A stretch of DNA of 63,971 nt, counting the filler, from Octopus bimaculoides (lineage: Eukaryota), in the NCBI RefSeq assembly GCF_001194135.2. It is 11 parts of 9 records of this genome, joined end to end, with 100 filler letters (N's around TTAATTAATTAA, not from the genome) between each part and the next. Parts side by side here need not be neighbours in the genome. Positions count along the whole stretch, not along the records: positions 60,647 to 62,859 come from NC_069005.1; positions 62,960 to 63,971 come from NC_068986.1; 9 more parts are not named here. One strand, 5' to 3'. The position numbers and the translations under genes are program-made. The notes beneath the pieces are model-generated. The model searched no databases. It worked only from the letters and a program-made list of their open reading frames with translations, and was not told where the DNA came from. This document shows, one piece after another, positions 62,722 to 63,971 of this stretch. Position 1 is the first letter of the stretch. Every line of letters starts with the position of its first letter.

Positions 62722-62970
62722 ACACACACACACACATGGACATGCAATGACATACACGGACACACTAGTACAGAATAACGTATAGACACTCTCACACTGA
62801 GACGCTATCACACTGAGACGCTATCACACTATCACACACACGCGCACATACTGAGCCGTNNNNNNNNNNNNNNNNNNNNNNNNNNNNNNNNNNNNNNNNN
62901 NNNTTAATTAATTAANNNNNNNNNNNNNNNNNNNNNNNNNNNNNNNNNNNNNNNNNNNNGATAATAATAA

Positions 62971-63107
62971 TGGGTATGTGCTGTGGTTTGCTGTAATGCA
63001 GTAACAATAAGAGCATCACAGCAAACCACAGCACATACCCAAGGCACACAGAGCTGCGCTCGGTAGTGAAGTGAAAGCACGTTCTAAAAAAAAACTACTG
63101 AATAATG

Positions 63108-63110
<3 letters not shown>
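62971..63110 (+). mobile_element. Very short retrotransposon 3'-end insertion (probably R4/Dong type) in (TAA)n, with a 29-bp fold-back
   Basis: (ATA)n, inverted arm 62971-62999, unique 110 bp, (AAT)n; GGTAGTGAA is shared with the 3' UTR of relic 2. Confidence 0.55.
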
Positions 63111-63162
<52 letters not shown>

Positions 63163-63350
63163 TGATGATGATGATGATGATGATTTCTTTATTAACCACA
63201 AGGGTTTACACCAAGAAAAACATTATGGACAGTACAGGACAAAACAAAGAATATATGTGCGCATGCGTGTGAGTGTGTATCGTGAGGGTTTTGCGTGTAA
63301 ACAAGACTAACAAATTTTTTTTAAATTCAACAATGTGTGATCCTTAATAG

Positions 63351-63401
63351 GCAGGAGACATTCGAGAACTGCTCATAGAAAACCCCCTAGAAAAACCATG
63401 G
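63351..63401 (+). CDS. Weak candidate 51-nt exon (AGDIRELLIENPLEKPW)
   Basis: ccttaatag | 51 nt open | gtatgc; no homology recognised. Confidence 0.2.
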
Positions 63402-63926
63402 GTATGCTGAGTTTTGTGGCAGTAATAATAACAAAGCAAATTCGACACCGGCAGAGCATAAGTTTAGAATCTGCACGAGAGCAACTGGATCTGGCAAAAT
63501 ACTTCCATGGAGTGAATGTTGAGCATTGCGGTCTTATCTAAAAAATATGAATAGAATTCGAAAAATGTCAACGGACACGCGTGTGCCCTTGGGAACAATT
63601 ACACATATATGTGGTCATTGCATATAGATGCGTTTGTATCTGTGTGTAAATGTGTGCATATGGAAATTGTTACCGTTTTATATTTTTAATTTCTTACACA
63701 TCGAAAAACAGCTTGTTTCCAAAACTAGAAATAAAGTTCTTTTCATTGGAATCTAGATAGCAGTAGCTTAGTCGCATGTATGTATGTGTGTACCAAAGCA
63801 CGTATGTTCCTGTGTCTAAACTTCTATATCATTGCATATGGGACCTGTATTTTTTTGTTTTTATGTATATAAACACAGGCGTATATTTTGAACGTCTCTC
63901 TCTCTTTCATTCTCTCTCTCCTGCTC

Positions 63927-63971
<45 letters not shown>

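Overview
Repeat-dense, AT-rich eukaryotic DNA, mostly intronic or intergenic, with roughly 10% N. The SINE repertoire looks like an octopus genome (inference from recognised repeat sequences, not a database hit). Ten identical 100-bp spacers (44 N + TTAATTAATTAA + 44 N) are artificial scaffold joins, so the window is about 11 assembled blocks. There is no confidently supported host protein-coding gene, tRNA or rRNA gene, or CRISPR array, and nearly all listed ORFs are microsatellite or N artefacts. Content: dozens of tRNA-derived SINE copies (at least 5 families); fragments of R4/Dong-type RLE retrotransposons, an RTE LINE, Ty3/Gypsy elements, a Penelope-like GIY-YIG remnant, Tc1/mariner (maT-like) elements and a MITE; many microsatellites. 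Most interesting signals: (1) hammerhead-ribozyme-like cores in two dispersed repeat families, one sharing a non-canonical A6U core change in all three copies; (2) two (TAA)n-embedded retrotransposon insertions with fold-back (snap-back) 5' junctions; (3) an RTE ORF2 tail with three C2H2 fingers; (4) a 30-bp pre-miRNA-sized hairpin; (5) weak candidate exons, including an 18-nt microexon.
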